Positions 44,310 through 54,445 of a stretch of DNA of 64,000 nucleotides are shown piece by piece; the stretch's first letter is position 1, and each line of letters starts with the position of its first letter. The notes below the pieces were generated by a model, which did not search any database, had not been told where the DNA came from, and was given only the letters and a program-made list of their open reading frames with translations. Position numbers and translations under genes: made by a program. The DNA comes from Micropepsaceae bacterium (GTDB lineage Bacteria; Pseudomonadota; Alphaproteobacteria; Micropepsales; Micropepsaceae). The stretch spans positions 5,900-69,899 of the forward strand of contig JBEBHP010000020.1 of assembly GCA_040080835.1 (NCBI GenBank), read 5' to 3'.

Positions 44310-45908
44310 ATGACCCAGGACGTTCTCATCATCGGTGGAGGCCACAACGGACTCGTCTGCGCGTTTTATCTGGCGCGCGCCGGTCTGAAGGTAACGGTTC
44401 TGGAACGTCGCCACGTGGTGGGAGGTGCCGCAGTAACCGAAGAATTTCATCCCGGATTCCGAAACTCGACCGCAGCCTACACCGTCAGCCTTCTGAACCC
44501 GAAGGTGATCGCGGATCTTGAGCTTCACACTCACGGTTTGAAGATCGTGCATCGCAAGCTCGCGAATTTCATACCCGTTGATGATCGCTCCTATCTGGCC
44601 GTCGGCGCAGGCCGTACGCAGCAGGAAGTTGCCAAGTTCTCCGCGCGCGATGCCCAGGCAGTCAACGTCTATTACGACCGCATCGGCGCACTGGCAGATG
44701 TGCTGCGCGACATGGTTTTGATGAGCCCGCCAAATGTGATGGAAAGCGGCTGGTTCGGTGCGCTGCCTGAACTGTTGAAATCGGCGTCGCTGGGGTCGAA
44801 ACTCGCTGGCCTTTCGATGCAGACCCGCCGCGATCTGCTCGCGATCTTTACGCGCTCGGCAGGAGAATACCTCGACAGCTGGTTCGAAAGCGATCCGATC
44901 AAGGCCATCCTGGGGTTCGACGGAATTGTCGGAAACTACGCGTCGCCCTACACTCCCGGCACTGCATATGTGTTGCTGCATCATCTGTTCGGTGAAGTGA
45001 ATGGAATAAGGGGTGAGTGGGGCCATGCGATCGGCGGCATGGGTGCCATCACGCAGGCGATGGCAAAAGCCGCGGAGGCAAAAGGCGTCACCATCAGGTT
45101 GAATGCGGGCGTGAAGGAAGTGCTGGTCCGGGATGGAAAAGCCGTCGGCGTAGTCACAGAAGCAGGCGAAAGGATCGAGGCTCGCATCATCGCTTCGAAT
45201 ACGAACCCCAAGCTGCTCTATGAGCGCCTGCTGGACCCGGCGCATTTGCCTGATGACTTCCGCGAGCGCATCAGGAACTACAAATGCGGCTCGGGCACGT
45301 TCCGGATGAACGTTGCACTTTCAGAACTTCCAAAGTTTACGTGCCTTCCAACACCCGGTGATCATCTGACATCCGGCATCGTGATCGGACCAAGTCTGAA
45401 ATATCTTGATCAGGCGTACCACGACGCGCGCGCTGGCGGATGGTCGAAGGAGCCGATCGTGGAAATGCTGATCCCGTCAACACTCGACAACAGCCTCGCG
45501 CCAGAGGGCAAGCATGTAGCAAGCCTCTTTTGCCAGCACGTGGCGCCCGAGCTTTCAGGGGGGCGCTCATGGAGTGACCACCGTGATGAGGTGGCTCAGG
45601 TGATGATAAACACTGTTGACAGGTTTGCGCCTGGGTTCAGGAACTCTGTGATCGGATACATGGCGATGACGCCAATGGACCTTGAAACGACGTTCGGTCT
45701 CATCGGCGGCGACATCATGCATGGGGCGTTGTCGCTTGATCAGCTCTTTTCGGCGCGCCCGGTACTGGGAAATGGAAATTACAGGGCGCCCATTGCAGGT
45801 TTGTACATGTGCGGGGCTGGCACGCACCCCGGTGGTGGCGTCACTGGTGCGCCAGGCCACAATGCGGCACGCGAAATACTACGCGATCTGGGCAAGCGCT
45901 TTTCGTAG
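44310..45908 (+). CDS. phytoene-desaturase-family NAD(P)/FAD-dependent oxidoreductase
   Basis: 532 aa with the dinucleotide fold DVLIIGGGHNGLVCAFYLARAG and a CrtI-like C-terminus (GLYMCGAGTHPGGGVTG). Confidence 0.85.
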   Translation: MTQDVLIIGGGHNGLVCAFYLARAGLKVTVLERRHVVGGAAVTEEFHPGFRNSTAAYTVSLLNPKVIADLELHTHGLKIVHRKLANFIPVDDRSYLAVGAGRTQQEVAKFSARDAQAVNVYYDRIGALADVLRDMVLMSPPNVMESGWFGALPELLKSASLGSKLAGLSMQTRRDLLAIFTRSAGEYLDSWFESDPIKAILGFDGIVGNYASPYTPGTAYVLLHHLFGEVNGIRGEWGHAIGGMGAITQAMAKAAEAKGVTIRLNAGVKEVLVRDGKAVGVVTEAGERIEARIIASNTNPKLLYERLLDPAHLPDDFRERIRNYKCGSGTFRMNVALSELPKFTCLPTPGDHLTSGIVIGPSLKYLDQAYHDARAGGWSKEPIVEMLIPSTLDNSLAPEGKHVASLFCQHVAPELSGGRSWSDHRDEVAQVMINTVDRFAPGFRNSVIGYMAMTPMDLETTFGLIGGDIMHGALSLDQLFSARPVLGNGNYRAPIAGLYMCGAGTHPGGGVTGAPGHNAAREILRDLGKRFS

Positions 45909-46469
45909 GGCTTCCGGATAGGTGGAATGCTCGGCTTCCAGGATGCGCGCGCTCAGGGCCTCCACCGTGTCACCTGGAAAAACCGGCACTTGAGCCTGCG
46001 CTATGATCGGACCAGCATCGAGTTCGGGGATGACAAAGTGAACCGTACACCCTGAAACAGTGGCGCCGGCGTCAATCGCCTGCTTCTGTGGGTGCATCCC
46101 GCGAAACGCAGGCAGGAGAGAGGGGTGTATATTGACTATGCGGCCCTCCCACTTGCGGACAAAATTCGGCGACAGGATGCGCATGAAACCTGCAAGGCAA
46201 ACGAATTCGATGTTGGACGCGCTCAGCACCTGATGTAGCTCGGCGTCGAAAGCTTCACGGTCCCGGTTCTCGCGGCGGAAACGTACCTGATCGACAAGGG
46301 CTGTTCGCACGCCCAGCGACTTTGCGATTTCCAGCCCTTCGGCATCTGCCTGGCTTGATACGACCAACGCGATTTCGCCCGGGAAATCAGTTGCGCGCGA
46401 CGCTTCGATGAGCGCGCGCATGTTGCTGCCACGTCCGGATATCAGGATACCGATGCGAACCCGTTTCAT
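45879..46469 (-). CDS. purN: phosphoribosylglycinamide formyltransferase
   Basis: Trimmed to MKRVRIGILISGRGSNM. It has NIHPSLLP and a formyltransferase core, and starts 8 nt after the purM stop. Confidence 0.9.
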   Translation of the reverse strand: MKRVRIGILISGRGSNMRALIEASRATDFPGEIALVVSSQADAEGLEIAKSLGVRTALVDQVRFRRENRDREAFDAELHQVLSASNIEFVCLAGFMRILSPNFVRKWEGRIVNIHPSLLPAFRGMHPQKQAIDAGATVSGCTVHFVIPELDAGPIIAQAQVPVFPGDTVEALSARILEAEHSTYPEALRKALAQIA

Positions 46470-46479
46470 GCAGTGCGCC

Positions 46480-47544
46480 TCAGAGGATTGTGCGACCCTT
46501 GTATCGAACCCTGGGTTCACCCTTGCCAATCACAAGCCTGCCAAGGATGAACACGTCCTCACCGGAGTCGCGCAGGATCTGGATGGCAGCAGCGGCCTTC
46601 GCCTCGGGAACGATGGCGATCATCCCGATGCCGCAGTTGAACGTGCGCAGCATCTCCCCCTCTTCCACGCCACCGGCCTTTGCCAGCCACTGAAATACGG
46701 GCGGCACCTTCCAGCTCCCCAGATCGATCTCGAGGTCAAAGTCATCCGGGACCACGCGCGGACAGTTCTCTGTCAATCCGCCACCCGTGATATGTGCGAA
46801 ACCCTTGACCTCGCCCTTGCGTATCAGGTTCAGCGCTGACTTCACGTAAATGCGGGTGGGCGCGAGCAGCGCACGACCAAGCGACACGCCACCCGCGAAG
46901 GGAGCCGGACTGTCGTAGTTCAGACCCTGGTCGGTTATGATCCATCGAACCAGAGAATAGCCGTTGGAATGGATGCCCGATGACGCAAGGCCCAGGATGA
47001 CGTCGCCTGCGCTCATGTCCCGGCGAGGCAGCACCTGATCGCGTTCGACCGCTCCAATCGCAAACCCCGCAAGATCATAGTCTCCACGGGCGTACATCCC
47101 GGGCATTTCAGCTGTCTCGCCCCCAACCAGCGCGCAACCAGCCTGCAGGCAGCCTTCTGCAACGCCTTTCACGACAGCCGTTCCTACGGCGACATCCAGC
47201 TTGCCGGTCGCGAAGTAGTCGAGAAAAAGCAGCGGCTCGGCACCCTGCACGACAATGTCGTTCACCGACATTGCAACCAGGTCGATGCCAACCGTGTCGT
47301 GAATGCCGGACTCGATGGCAACCTTGAGCTTCGTACCTACGCCGTCCGTACCGGCCACCAGCAGGGGGTCCCTGAACCCGGCAGCTTTCAGGTCAAATAA
47401 TCCGCCGAACCCCCCCAGTGAAGCATCGGCCCCCGGGCGCGCTGTCGACTTTGCCAGCGGTTTGATCGCCTCAACCAGGGCGTCGCCAGCATCGATGTCA
47501 ACACCCGCCTGGGCATAGGTTAGTCCGTTCTTTTGTCCGGTCAT
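46480..47544 (-). CDS. purM: phosphoribosylformylglycinamidine cyclo-ligase (AIR synthetase)
   Basis: 354 aa with [22 protein letters not shown] and a GGETAEMPG-type core. Confidence 0.95.
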   Translation of the reverse strand: MTGQKNGLTYAQAGVDIDAGDALVEAIKPLAKSTARPGADASLGGFGGLFDLKAAGFRDPLLVAGTDGVGTKLKVAIESGIHDTVGIDLVAMSVNDIVVQGAEPLLFLDYFATGKLDVAVGTAVVKGVAEGCLQAGCALVGGETAEMPGMYARGDYDLAGFAIGAVERDQVLPRRDMSAGDVILGLASSGIHSNGYSLVRWIITDQGLNYDSPAPFAGGVSLGRALLAPTRIYVKSALNLIRKGEVKGFAHITGGGLTENCPRVVPDDFDLEIDLGSWKVPPVFQWLAKAGGVEEGEMLRTFNCGIGMIAIVPEAKAAAAIQILRDSGEDVFILGRLVIGKGEPRVRYKGRTIL

Positions 47545-47695
47545 CTCTTGTCCTGGGCCGATTTTCTTGGGGCGTTAAAGCAGAACTGGGCCAACGAGCC
47601 AAGCGACAGGGAAGCTTTGATCACAGATAGGCGTTTCTATAAGGTCCGCCTCCCAATGCGCCGGATTCATCTATCTGGTGCGCAAGAGAAGAACC

Positions 47696-49450
47696 ATGAC
47701 CCAGAACCGAATTCTCATTACCAGCGCCCTTCCTTACATTAACGGCATCAAGCACTTGGGCAATCTGGCGGGCTCAATGCTGCCCGCCGACGTTTACGCG
47801 CGGTACCAGCGTTCCCGCGGGCGCGACGTCCTGTACATCTGCGCCACGGACGAACACGGCACACCGGCGGAGCTGGCAGCGATCGCCGAAGGGCTCCCGG
47901 TCGACGAATACTGCGAGAAATGGTGGAGCGTGCAAAAGAAGCTGTCAGATGGCTTCGGGCTTTCATTCGACTATTTCGGGCGCTCATCCAGCCATCAGAA
48001 TCGTGAGCTGACCCAGCATTTCGCAAAGGTACTGTGGGAGCGCGGATTCATCGAAGAACGGTCAACAACCCAAGTCTATTCGAACGCGGAGAAAAGGTTT
48101 CTGCCGGACCGCTATGTCGTCGGCACTTGCCCACATTGCGGCTACGAGCGTGCGACCGGCGACCAGTGCGAGAACTGCACCCGCGTTCTGGATCCGGTCG
48201 ACCTGAAGTCTCCTCGCTCTTCGCTGTCCGGTTCGACAGACATCGAGTTTCGCGACAGCAAGCATTTGTTCCTGAAGCAGTCGGTCTTTTCGGACGAATT
48301 GCGCAGCTGGATTTCTTCGCGCACCGAATGGCCGCAGCTTGTCAGTTCAATCGCTTTCAAATGGCTTGATGAAGGACTGCAGGATCGTGGCATCACGCGG
48401 GACCTTTCCTGGGGCGTGCCCGTCAACGCAGAAGACTGGGGGCCAAACCCGCAAGGGCAGAAGCCTGATGTCGGGGGGTTGAAGGGAAAGGTCTTTTACG
48501 TCTGGTTCGACGCGCCAATTGAATATATTGGCGCAACGCGCGAATGGGCCGATGCGGCACCCGGCAACAATGCGCGAGACTGGAAGTCCTGGTGGGTGGG
48601 CGAGGACGCACAGAAAAACGTGCGCTACGTTCAGTTCATGGGCAAGGACAATGTGCCGTTCCACACCGTCGGTTTCCCCGTCACGATCCTGGGTTCCGGA
48701 GAGAAGTGGAAGCTGGTCGACCAGATCAAGGGCTTCAACTGGCTCAACTATTACAACGGAAAGTTCTCGACCAGCCAGAAGCGCGGCATCTTCATGGATA
48801 CAGCGCTCGAGCTCTTGCCGGCTGATTACTGGCGCTGGTTCCTGACAGCGAATGCGCCTGAAACTTCGGACGCTTCCTTCACCTGGCAGCATTTCTCGGA
48901 CACGGTGAACAAGGACCTTGCTGATGTGCTGGGCAACTTCGTCAACCGGACATTGAAGTTCACGCAGGGCAAGTTTGGAAACGAGGTTCCGGATGGTGGA
49001 AAACCTGGCGCGCGCGAAACCAAATTGTTCGACGCGCTCGAGAAGCGCTTTGGCATCTACTCGGCATTCATGGAAGAAATCCAGCTGCGCAAGGCTGCCG
49101 CCGAATTGCGTTCGATCTGGGTGCTGGGCAACGAGTATCTGGCGGACGCTGCTCCATGGACAGCCATACGCACGGACAAGGATTCAGCGGCACTCAGCGT
49201 GCGCGTCGCTATCAACCTGATCAGGCTGTTTGCAATCCTGTCATCGCCGGTGATTCCGTTTGCAGCCGAGACGATGGCGAAGGGACTGGGTGTGGACAAC
49301 CTGAAATGGCCGAAGGGGAAAATCGCAGACGAACTTAACGCGCTGAAGCCAGGCCACAAATTCCAGATTCCCGATGTCCTGTTCGCAAAGATACTGCCGG
49401 AGCAGATCACCGCGTGGGAAACCCAGTTCGGTGGCGCGCCGGCCGCATGA
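47696..49450 (+). CDS. metG: methionine--tRNA ligase
   Basis: HIGH-type [14 protein letters not shown], a zinc knuckle CPHCG...CENC and a KMSKS-type KFSTSQ. ATG at 47696 is preferred over the upstream GTG. Confidence 0.95.
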   Translation: MTQNRILITSALPYINGIKHLGNLAGSMLPADVYARYQRSRGRDVLYICATDEHGTPAELAAIAEGLPVDEYCEKWWSVQKKLSDGFGLSFDYFGRSSSHQNRELTQHFAKVLWERGFIEERSTTQVYSNAEKRFLPDRYVVGTCPHCGYERATGDQCENCTRVLDPVDLKSPRSSLSGSTDIEFRDSKHLFLKQSVFSDELRSWISSRTEWPQLVSSIAFKWLDEGLQDRGITRDLSWGVPVNAEDWGPNPQGQKPDVGGLKGKVFYVWFDAPIEYIGATREWADAAPGNNARDWKSWWVGEDAQKNVRYVQFMGKDNVPFHTVGFPVTILGSGEKWKLVDQIKGFNWLNYYNGKFSTSQKRGIFMDTALELLPADYWRWFLTANAPETSDASFTWQHFSDTVNKDLADVLGNFVNRTLKFTQGKFGNEVPDGGKPGARETKLFDALEKRFGIYSAFMEEIQLRKAAAELRSIWVLGNEYLADAAPWTAIRTDKDSAALSVRVAINLIRLFAILSSPVIPFAAETMAKGLGVDNLKWPKGKIADELNALKPGHKFQIPDVLFAKILPEQITAWETQFGGAPAA

Positions 49451-49962
49451 ACGCGATCAGAATAAGGCGGCTGCAACCAGCGGACGCAGTCGCTGTTCGC
49501 GACTTGCGGCTGGAAGGATTGAGAACGTTTCCATCGAACTTCGGCAGCGCCTGGGAAGAAGAGGCGACGCAGCCGCTCTCTTTTTTCGAGAACCGATTGA
49601 AGGGCCCCGCACGCACGCTGGGTGCGGAAATCGGTTCGACGCTTGCAGGCATGGCTTCGGTGTCCCCAAATTCACGCGTCAAATTGGCGCACAACGTTGA
49701 GATCACGGGCTTCATTGTTCGTCCGGCGTTCCACCGGCAGGGGGTTGGCCGCGCACTCATGCAATCTGCAATGGAGTTGATACGCTCCGGTGAATTCCCC
49801 GCTCAGGCGTATTTTGCAACTCTGGCTGTGACGTCCAAAAACGAGGGGGCACGAAGGTTGTATGAATCGTTCGGATTCAAAGTGTGTGGACAACTTGAGC
49901 ATGAACTTCGCATCGATGGCGATTTCTACGATGAGTTGTTGATGCGCGCGCGTATCTCGTGA
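49447..49962 (+). CDS. GNAT-family N-acetyltransferase
   Basis: ATGA overlap with the metG stop. It has the acetyl-CoA motif ([15 protein letters not shown]). Confidence 0.8.
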   Translation: MNAIRIRRLQPADAVAVRDLRLEGLRTFPSNFGSAWEEEATQPLSFFENRLKGPARTLGAEIGSTLAGMASVSPNSRVKLAHNVEITGFIVRPAFHRQGVGRALMQSAMELIRSGEFPAQAYFATLAVTSKNEGARRLYESFGFKVCGQLEHELRIDGDFYDELLMRARIS

Positions 49963-50081
49963 TCGCTACCCTTTTGGGTAGTTGAAACGCACACAGAATT
50001 GTTTCACTTTTGAAATACAGAAGGGACCGGGCTGCTGATGGGGATTAGTACCGGTGCGGGGAAGTCGAGCTGGGGGCATTC

Positions 50082-51233
50082 ATGCCGCGTCAAGCGACTT
50101 TCGCTTTGGGTATTATTGCTGTTTTACTAAGTGCCGGTAGTGTTGGAAGCCAGGACCCGTACAGAGCCAGATCCGAAGCTGAGTCGGCTGCGACCGCGCT
50201 TCCAATCTATGCTCCAGATGCGATTTCTGCACCTTCAGGCGACGTGTATCAACCCCGGGATGGGCAAGCAGGGCATGCGCCAACGCGCATTGCGCCTGAA
50301 GAAGCCGCTCCTGAAGCACCAGCACCTGTTTCGGCACAGCCAGTCGCAAGCCATGCAGCGTTCAACGCCACAGGCGTAACGTCGCTGGCCGTTGCTGCGC
50401 CGGCAATCGCTTCGTTCGTGCCTGCACAGGCCCGCGCAATGATGGCCGTGCCAGCTGAAGCCGTGAGCCAGCCGCAACAACCGGCAGCGTCTCCGGAACA
50501 GGTCACAGCACAACCAGCGATAGGCGTGACGCCTCCACCGGATTCACTTCTTCAGGAAGAGACCACGCCAATCTCTTCTCTCGCTCAGAAGCGCCTTTTC
50601 GCGACGGTGCCAACAGACATCGAGCCTTATTTCGACTTGTTCATGTATGTCAGCAAGTCAACGCGCGGCCCGCTGGCACAGCACATGTTCATCTTTCAGC
50701 GCGACGCCGATGGCAGGATCATTCCCTATGCGGAGTGGAAGGTTTCAACCGGCCGCGAGAAAATCGAGATCCACAATGAGCGCACTGTGCGGACCAACAC
50801 ACCGGAAGGCATCTTCCAGCTCGATCCGGAGCGCATGCACGAGAAGTACTGGTCGCACACCTGGAACGGCGCGCCCATGCACTACGCGATGTTCTATGAC
50901 CTGATGAATAATGGTTACCAGTCAGGGCTGGCGATCCATGCCGCAATCGGGAAATCCAAGATTGCCCGACTGGGAAGGCGCGATAGTGCCGGCTGCATCC
51001 GGCTTTCGCCGAAAAATGCGGCTGAGTTGTTCTTCAAGGTACGCAACACGACAAAAGGCAGGGTGCCGGTTCTCGCCATGAACGAAAAGGGCTCAACCGA
51101 CCGCTGGGGCCGGGTGCAGCACGATCCGGCGGGTTCCATGCTGCTGCAGGACGGTTACCGCGCGGTCCTGTTTGTCGAGAATTTCGACGGCCGCGAGGAG
51201 ATCTCGGGCCCGGTTGTCGCATATACCAATTAG
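50082..51233 (+). CDS. L,D-transpeptidase (YkuD) family protein
   Basis: A signal peptide, a long Ala/Pro-rich linker and a C-terminal YkuD domain with IHAA...GRRDSAGCIRL. Confidence 0.8.
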   Translation: MPRQATFALGIIAVLLSAGSVGSQDPYRARSEAESAATALPIYAPDAISAPSGDVYQPRDGQAGHAPTRIAPEEAAPEAPAPVSAQPVASHAAFNATGVTSLAVAAPAIASFVPAQARAMMAVPAEAVSQPQQPAASPEQVTAQPAIGVTPPPDSLLQEETTPISSLAQKRLFATVPTDIEPYFDLFMYVSKSTRGPLAQHMFIFQRDADGRIIPYAEWKVSTGREKIEIHNERTVRTNTPEGIFQLDPERMHEKYWSHTWNGAPMHYAMFYDLMNNGYQSGLAIHAAIGKSKIARLGRRDSAGCIRLSPKNAAELFFKVRNTTKGRVPVLAMNEKGSTDRWGRVQHDPAGSMLLQDGYRAVLFVENFDGREEISGPVVAYTN

Positions 51234-51392
51234 CATTTGCCACCCTTCCAAGGTGGTAAATGACCTTCACATTGTCCTCATTGTCGCGTTGCAAAAAGGC
51301 TGCAACCATCGCGAGTTAAGCAACTAACTTGCAACGAGATATTGAGGATTGGGTAGCTATTAGTACACTCCGGCTCGGAATAGGGGATAGCC

Positions 51393-52463
51393 ATGGGTTG
51401 GTGGCTCAGAGCACTGAGCATTGCGTTTATCGTATCCGGTATGTCGGTGGGCTCGTTTGTCATGCTTCAGGGCGGCAACGGCGAGCGCCTTAACGCCGAG
51501 GCGATGAAACTGCGTCCGGCGATTGACGACTTCGTCAATCAGGGTGGCGATGCGATCAAGACACTGTTTGAATCGTCACGCACAGCGGTGGCGGTGGTTG
51601 AGCGATCGCGCGGCCCCGCTGCCCCTCAGTCGGCCCAGGTGTCGTCCGACAAGATGGGCAAACTGCCCTTCATGGAAATCGAGCCCAGGGACTTTTCTGC
51701 ACCTGCCATCAAGGCGCCATCGGGGATGGTTCCGATCGAGCAGGTCAACCCGGCAGGCGCATCCGACTTACGGCTGACGCAGGCGGAAGGACAGTCGCCG
51801 ATGGACCTGTCTCCCGTCGAATCTCGCCTGCGCATGCGGGTACCGCAGGAGGTTCTCGAATATTTCGATCTGTTTCTCTATGTGAGCAAGGCGTCGTCTG
51901 ACAAAGGCACCTGGGCCCAGAAGCTGTTTGTGCTGGCCAAGACAGAAGGCCACGTCTACGAGCTCAAGCACAGCTGGCCTGTGTCGACCGGCTTGGAAGA
52001 GCAGGTCAAGTCTCCGTCCGGGCGCTTGCTCGGCACCCACACGCCCGAAGGTGTCTTCAAGCTCGACCGCGATCGCAGCTATGAAGATTACACCTCCCGC
52101 CAGTGGCAGTCGCCGATGCCATACGCGATGTTCTTTGACTGGCAGATCGAAGGCCGTCCTTCTGGCCTTGCCATCCACGGTTCGGATGCGAAGGGTGAAG
52201 CTGAACTGGGCAGGCGCGCGTCCCACGGCTGCATCCGCCTGTCGACCGCGAACGCCCGCGTCCTGTTTGAGATGATCACCGCGCAATACAAGGGCCGCGT
52301 GCCGCAGTTCAGGATCGATCCGCAAACCGGCACGATGGACACCAAGGGCGTACTCGTCAGGGATGCGAACGGAAAGGTTCAGCTGACACGGGGCTACAAG
52401 GTCCTGGTCTTCATCGAAGACTACGGTGGGCCTTCGTCCGACACGGTTGCTGCGCTCTTCTGA
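51393..52463 (+). CDS. L,D-transpeptidase (YkuD) family protein
   Basis: An N-terminal anchor and a C-terminal YkuD domain with IHGS...GRRASHGCIRL. Paralogous to the preceding gene (shared YFDLF.YVSK...W.VSTG...TPEG.F.LD). Confidence 0.8.
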   Translation: MGWWLRALSIAFIVSGMSVGSFVMLQGGNGERLNAEAMKLRPAIDDFVNQGGDAIKTLFESSRTAVAVVERSRGPAAPQSAQVSSDKMGKLPFMEIEPRDFSAPAIKAPSGMVPIEQVNPAGASDLRLTQAEGQSPMDLSPVESRLRMRVPQEVLEYFDLFLYVSKASSDKGTWAQKLFVLAKTEGHVYELKHSWPVSTGLEEQVKSPSGRLLGTHTPEGVFKLDRDRSYEDYTSRQWQSPMPYAMFFDWQIEGRPSGLAIHGSDAKGEAELGRRASHGCIRLSTANARVLFEMITAQYKGRVPQFRIDPQTGTMDTKGVLVRDANGKVQLTRGYKVLVFIEDYGGPSSDTVAALF

Positions 52464-52549
52464 ACAAGTCCTGAGCTGACATTGCACGCCATCTCCTTGC
52501 CGGGGTACAGCTTCGCGTAACTGCAACTGTCCCTTCAAGGAAATCGCAA

Positions 52550-53143
52550 ATGACAAGTCCCAGAACAGCAGATCACCCCATCGACCCGCGCTTTACGCAG
52601 CGCTGGTCGCCGCGGGCATTTGATCCGCGCCCGATCACACACGACCAGCTCGCCTCGCTGTTTGAAGCTGCACGCTGGGCGCCCTCATGCTTGAATAGCC
52701 AGCCTTGGCGTTTTGTCTACGCAATGCGGGACACGGGTGACTGGCAGCGTTTCGTCGATCTTCTGACACCCAACAACCAGTCATGGGCGAAGAACGCGTC
52801 TGCTCTGGTAATCGTCGCGTCTCACACTCAAATGGCATTTCCGGGTTCCACCAATTTCGTTCCTTCGCCAACCCACAGCTTCGATACGGGCGCCGCATGG
52901 ATGCAGTTGGCACTTCAGGCAGTGGAGCAGGGCTTGCAGACGCACGGCATGGCAGGCTTCGACCGCGAACGCGCCGCCCGCGACCTCGACATTCCCTCCG
53001 ACTATCGCGTGGAAGCCGCCATCGCCATAGGCTGGCCGGGAGACAAGGCTTCACTGCCAGAAGCACTTCAGGCGCGCGAGATGCCAAGCCCCCGTAACCC
53101 CATATCCCGCTTCGCCTTCCCCGGCCGCTTCATCGGGTCCTGA
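52550..53143 (+). CDS. nitroreductase-family protein
   Basis: 197 aa with RWSPRAF and AARWAPSCLNSQPWRF, the nitroreductase fold signature. Confidence 0.85.
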   Translation: MTSPRTADHPIDPRFTQRWSPRAFDPRPITHDQLASLFEAARWAPSCLNSQPWRFVYAMRDTGDWQRFVDLLTPNNQSWAKNASALVIVASHTQMAFPGSTNFVPSPTHSFDTGAAWMQLALQAVEQGLQTHGMAGFDRERAARDLDIPSDYRVEAAIAIGWPGDKASLPEALQAREMPSPRNPISRFAFPGRFIGS

Positions 53144-53156
53144 CACCACCACGCGA

Positions 53157-53455
53157 GTCATCCTGCTCGCCATGCGGCACGAAGTGACGCGTTGCGAGCG
53201 GAACCCATCCGCGAGGTGAGCCCTCTCCGGAAATCCTGTTCCACGCGTGGCTCCCGTCCGCACAGCACTGCTCATCGCTGCAGTGCGTACAGGACGACGG
53301 CGGTGGGGCAACTACGCTTACGCCAACATCGTCATCCCGGCGAACGCCGGGACCCAGAAGCGTCAGGGCGAAGCGCATGGTGTCCCGGAGTCCCTGACAG
53401 CAACACTTGCAAATCAACTGCTTCGCAGTTGAACTCGTGTAGCGTCCGGAATGAC
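53157..53455. repeat. composite nested-palindrome element, copy A (sub-units 53157..53298 and 53331..53455)
   Basis: It begins gtcatcctgctcgccatgcggcacgaagtgacgc and ends ...gtccggaatgac. It is collinear with copy B, about 80% identical by eye. Each sub-unit has gtcatcc.../...ggatgac-type inverted termini. Confidence 0.8.
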
Positions 53456-53532
53456 AGCGATGGGTTGTGCGATCCCGTAGCGGGTGAAAATCCAAATATG
53501 CGTGGCTGTGCCGGGATGCTATTGCCAACACT

Positions 53533-54045
53533 CTAGCTGCATACGCCTTCATACCCCAGCGTTCGCTTCTTGTGAGATGCCATATCCAGAAATTTACCGC
53601 ATTGAGCGAAGCCCGATTTGCCAAAGACATCCGTCAGGTCACACTTGATAAGCAACATCTCGTCAGGCTCCGCAATTGTTGTCGCCTTTCGGAACGCCCC
53701 ATTTGATCGCACCCAGAACCCTTTGTCGGCGAGCACAACAAGTAACTCCTCACCCCTTAGCGCGTGAGGCGTATAGTCAACGGGAATGGGCCAACGGCGT
53801 ATAACTCTTCCATGGAGATTGAGTTCGACAACGACGTCGGAAAGCAGTGGGCCTTCCTTTGCGGTTGGCAACTTGGAGACCAGTGCATTGGCCACTTCGC
53901 CGCAGGGATGCTCCGAAAGGCCTTGAAACCCTGGCGCGGCCTTGGCACCCGGTCCGGGCCAGAACCGAAACAACTCAGTACCGGACGCATTGCTCAACCC
54001 GCTGATAACCAGCAGGCATACGAACCAGAAAATACGCGTGTGCAT
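53533..54045 (-). CDS. exported hypothetical protein
   Basis: Trimmed to MHTRIFWFVCLLVISGLSNASG (signal peptide). 170 aa, no recognised motif. It is flanked by the two repeat copies. Confidence 0.5.
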   Translation of the reverse strand: MHTRIFWFVCLLVISGLSNASGTELFRFWPGPGAKAAPGFQGLSEHPCGEVANALVSKLPTAKEGPLLSDVVVELNLHGRVIRRWPIPVDYTPHALRGEELLVVLADKGFWVRSNGAFRKATTIAEPDEMLLIKCDLTDVFGKSGFAQCGKFLDMASHKKRTLGYEGVCS

Positions 54046-54130
54046 CACGGGCTCCTGACGGCGTTGCATCGTCAAGAGCGAGCCTACCTGTTTTCCCAGG
54101 CACAGCAACCAGCAAATCAAAACTCAAACT

Positions 54131-54431
54131 GTCATCCTGCTTGCCATGCGGCACGAAGTGACGCTTTGCAAGCGGGACCCAAACGAGGTGAGGCCTCTCC
54201 GGATATCCCTCACCTCGTTTGGGTCCCGTACGCACTGCACCGCTTCGCGCTGCAATGCGTACGGGATGACGACGGTGGGAATGTTTCATCATAACCCAAC
54301 ACTCTCGTCATCCCGGCGAACGCAGGGACCCAGAAGCCGGAGGGTGAGTTGCATAGTGTCCCTAGGTCCCGGACAGCAACACTCGCAAATCAACTGCTTC
54401 GCAGTTGAGCTCGTGTAGCTTCCGGAATGAC
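54131..54431. repeat. composite nested-palindrome element, copy B (sub-units 54131..54270 and 54307..54431)
   Basis: Same order and orientation as copy A. It contains a perfect 20-bp hairpin, gggacccaaacgaggtgagg (54174-93) / cctcacctcgtttgggtccc (54208-27), and the word gtcatcccggcgaacgcagggacccag. Confidence 0.8.
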
Positions 54432-54445
54432 GGCGGTGGTGGCCT

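Noticed and set aside
44121-45245. 374-aa ORF antisense to the FAD-dependent oxidoreductase, overlapping the SDR start region
   Set aside because: The sense-strand genes have clear Rossmann motifs, so the antisense frame is a GC-driven artefact.
53130-53630. ORFs read through the repeat elements (53130..53630 minus, 53192..53536 plus, 53975..54292 minus, 54146..54418 plus)
   Set aside because: They are translations of the palindromic repeat copies in both orientations, and similar pseudo-peptides arise from both copies. They are not credible genes.
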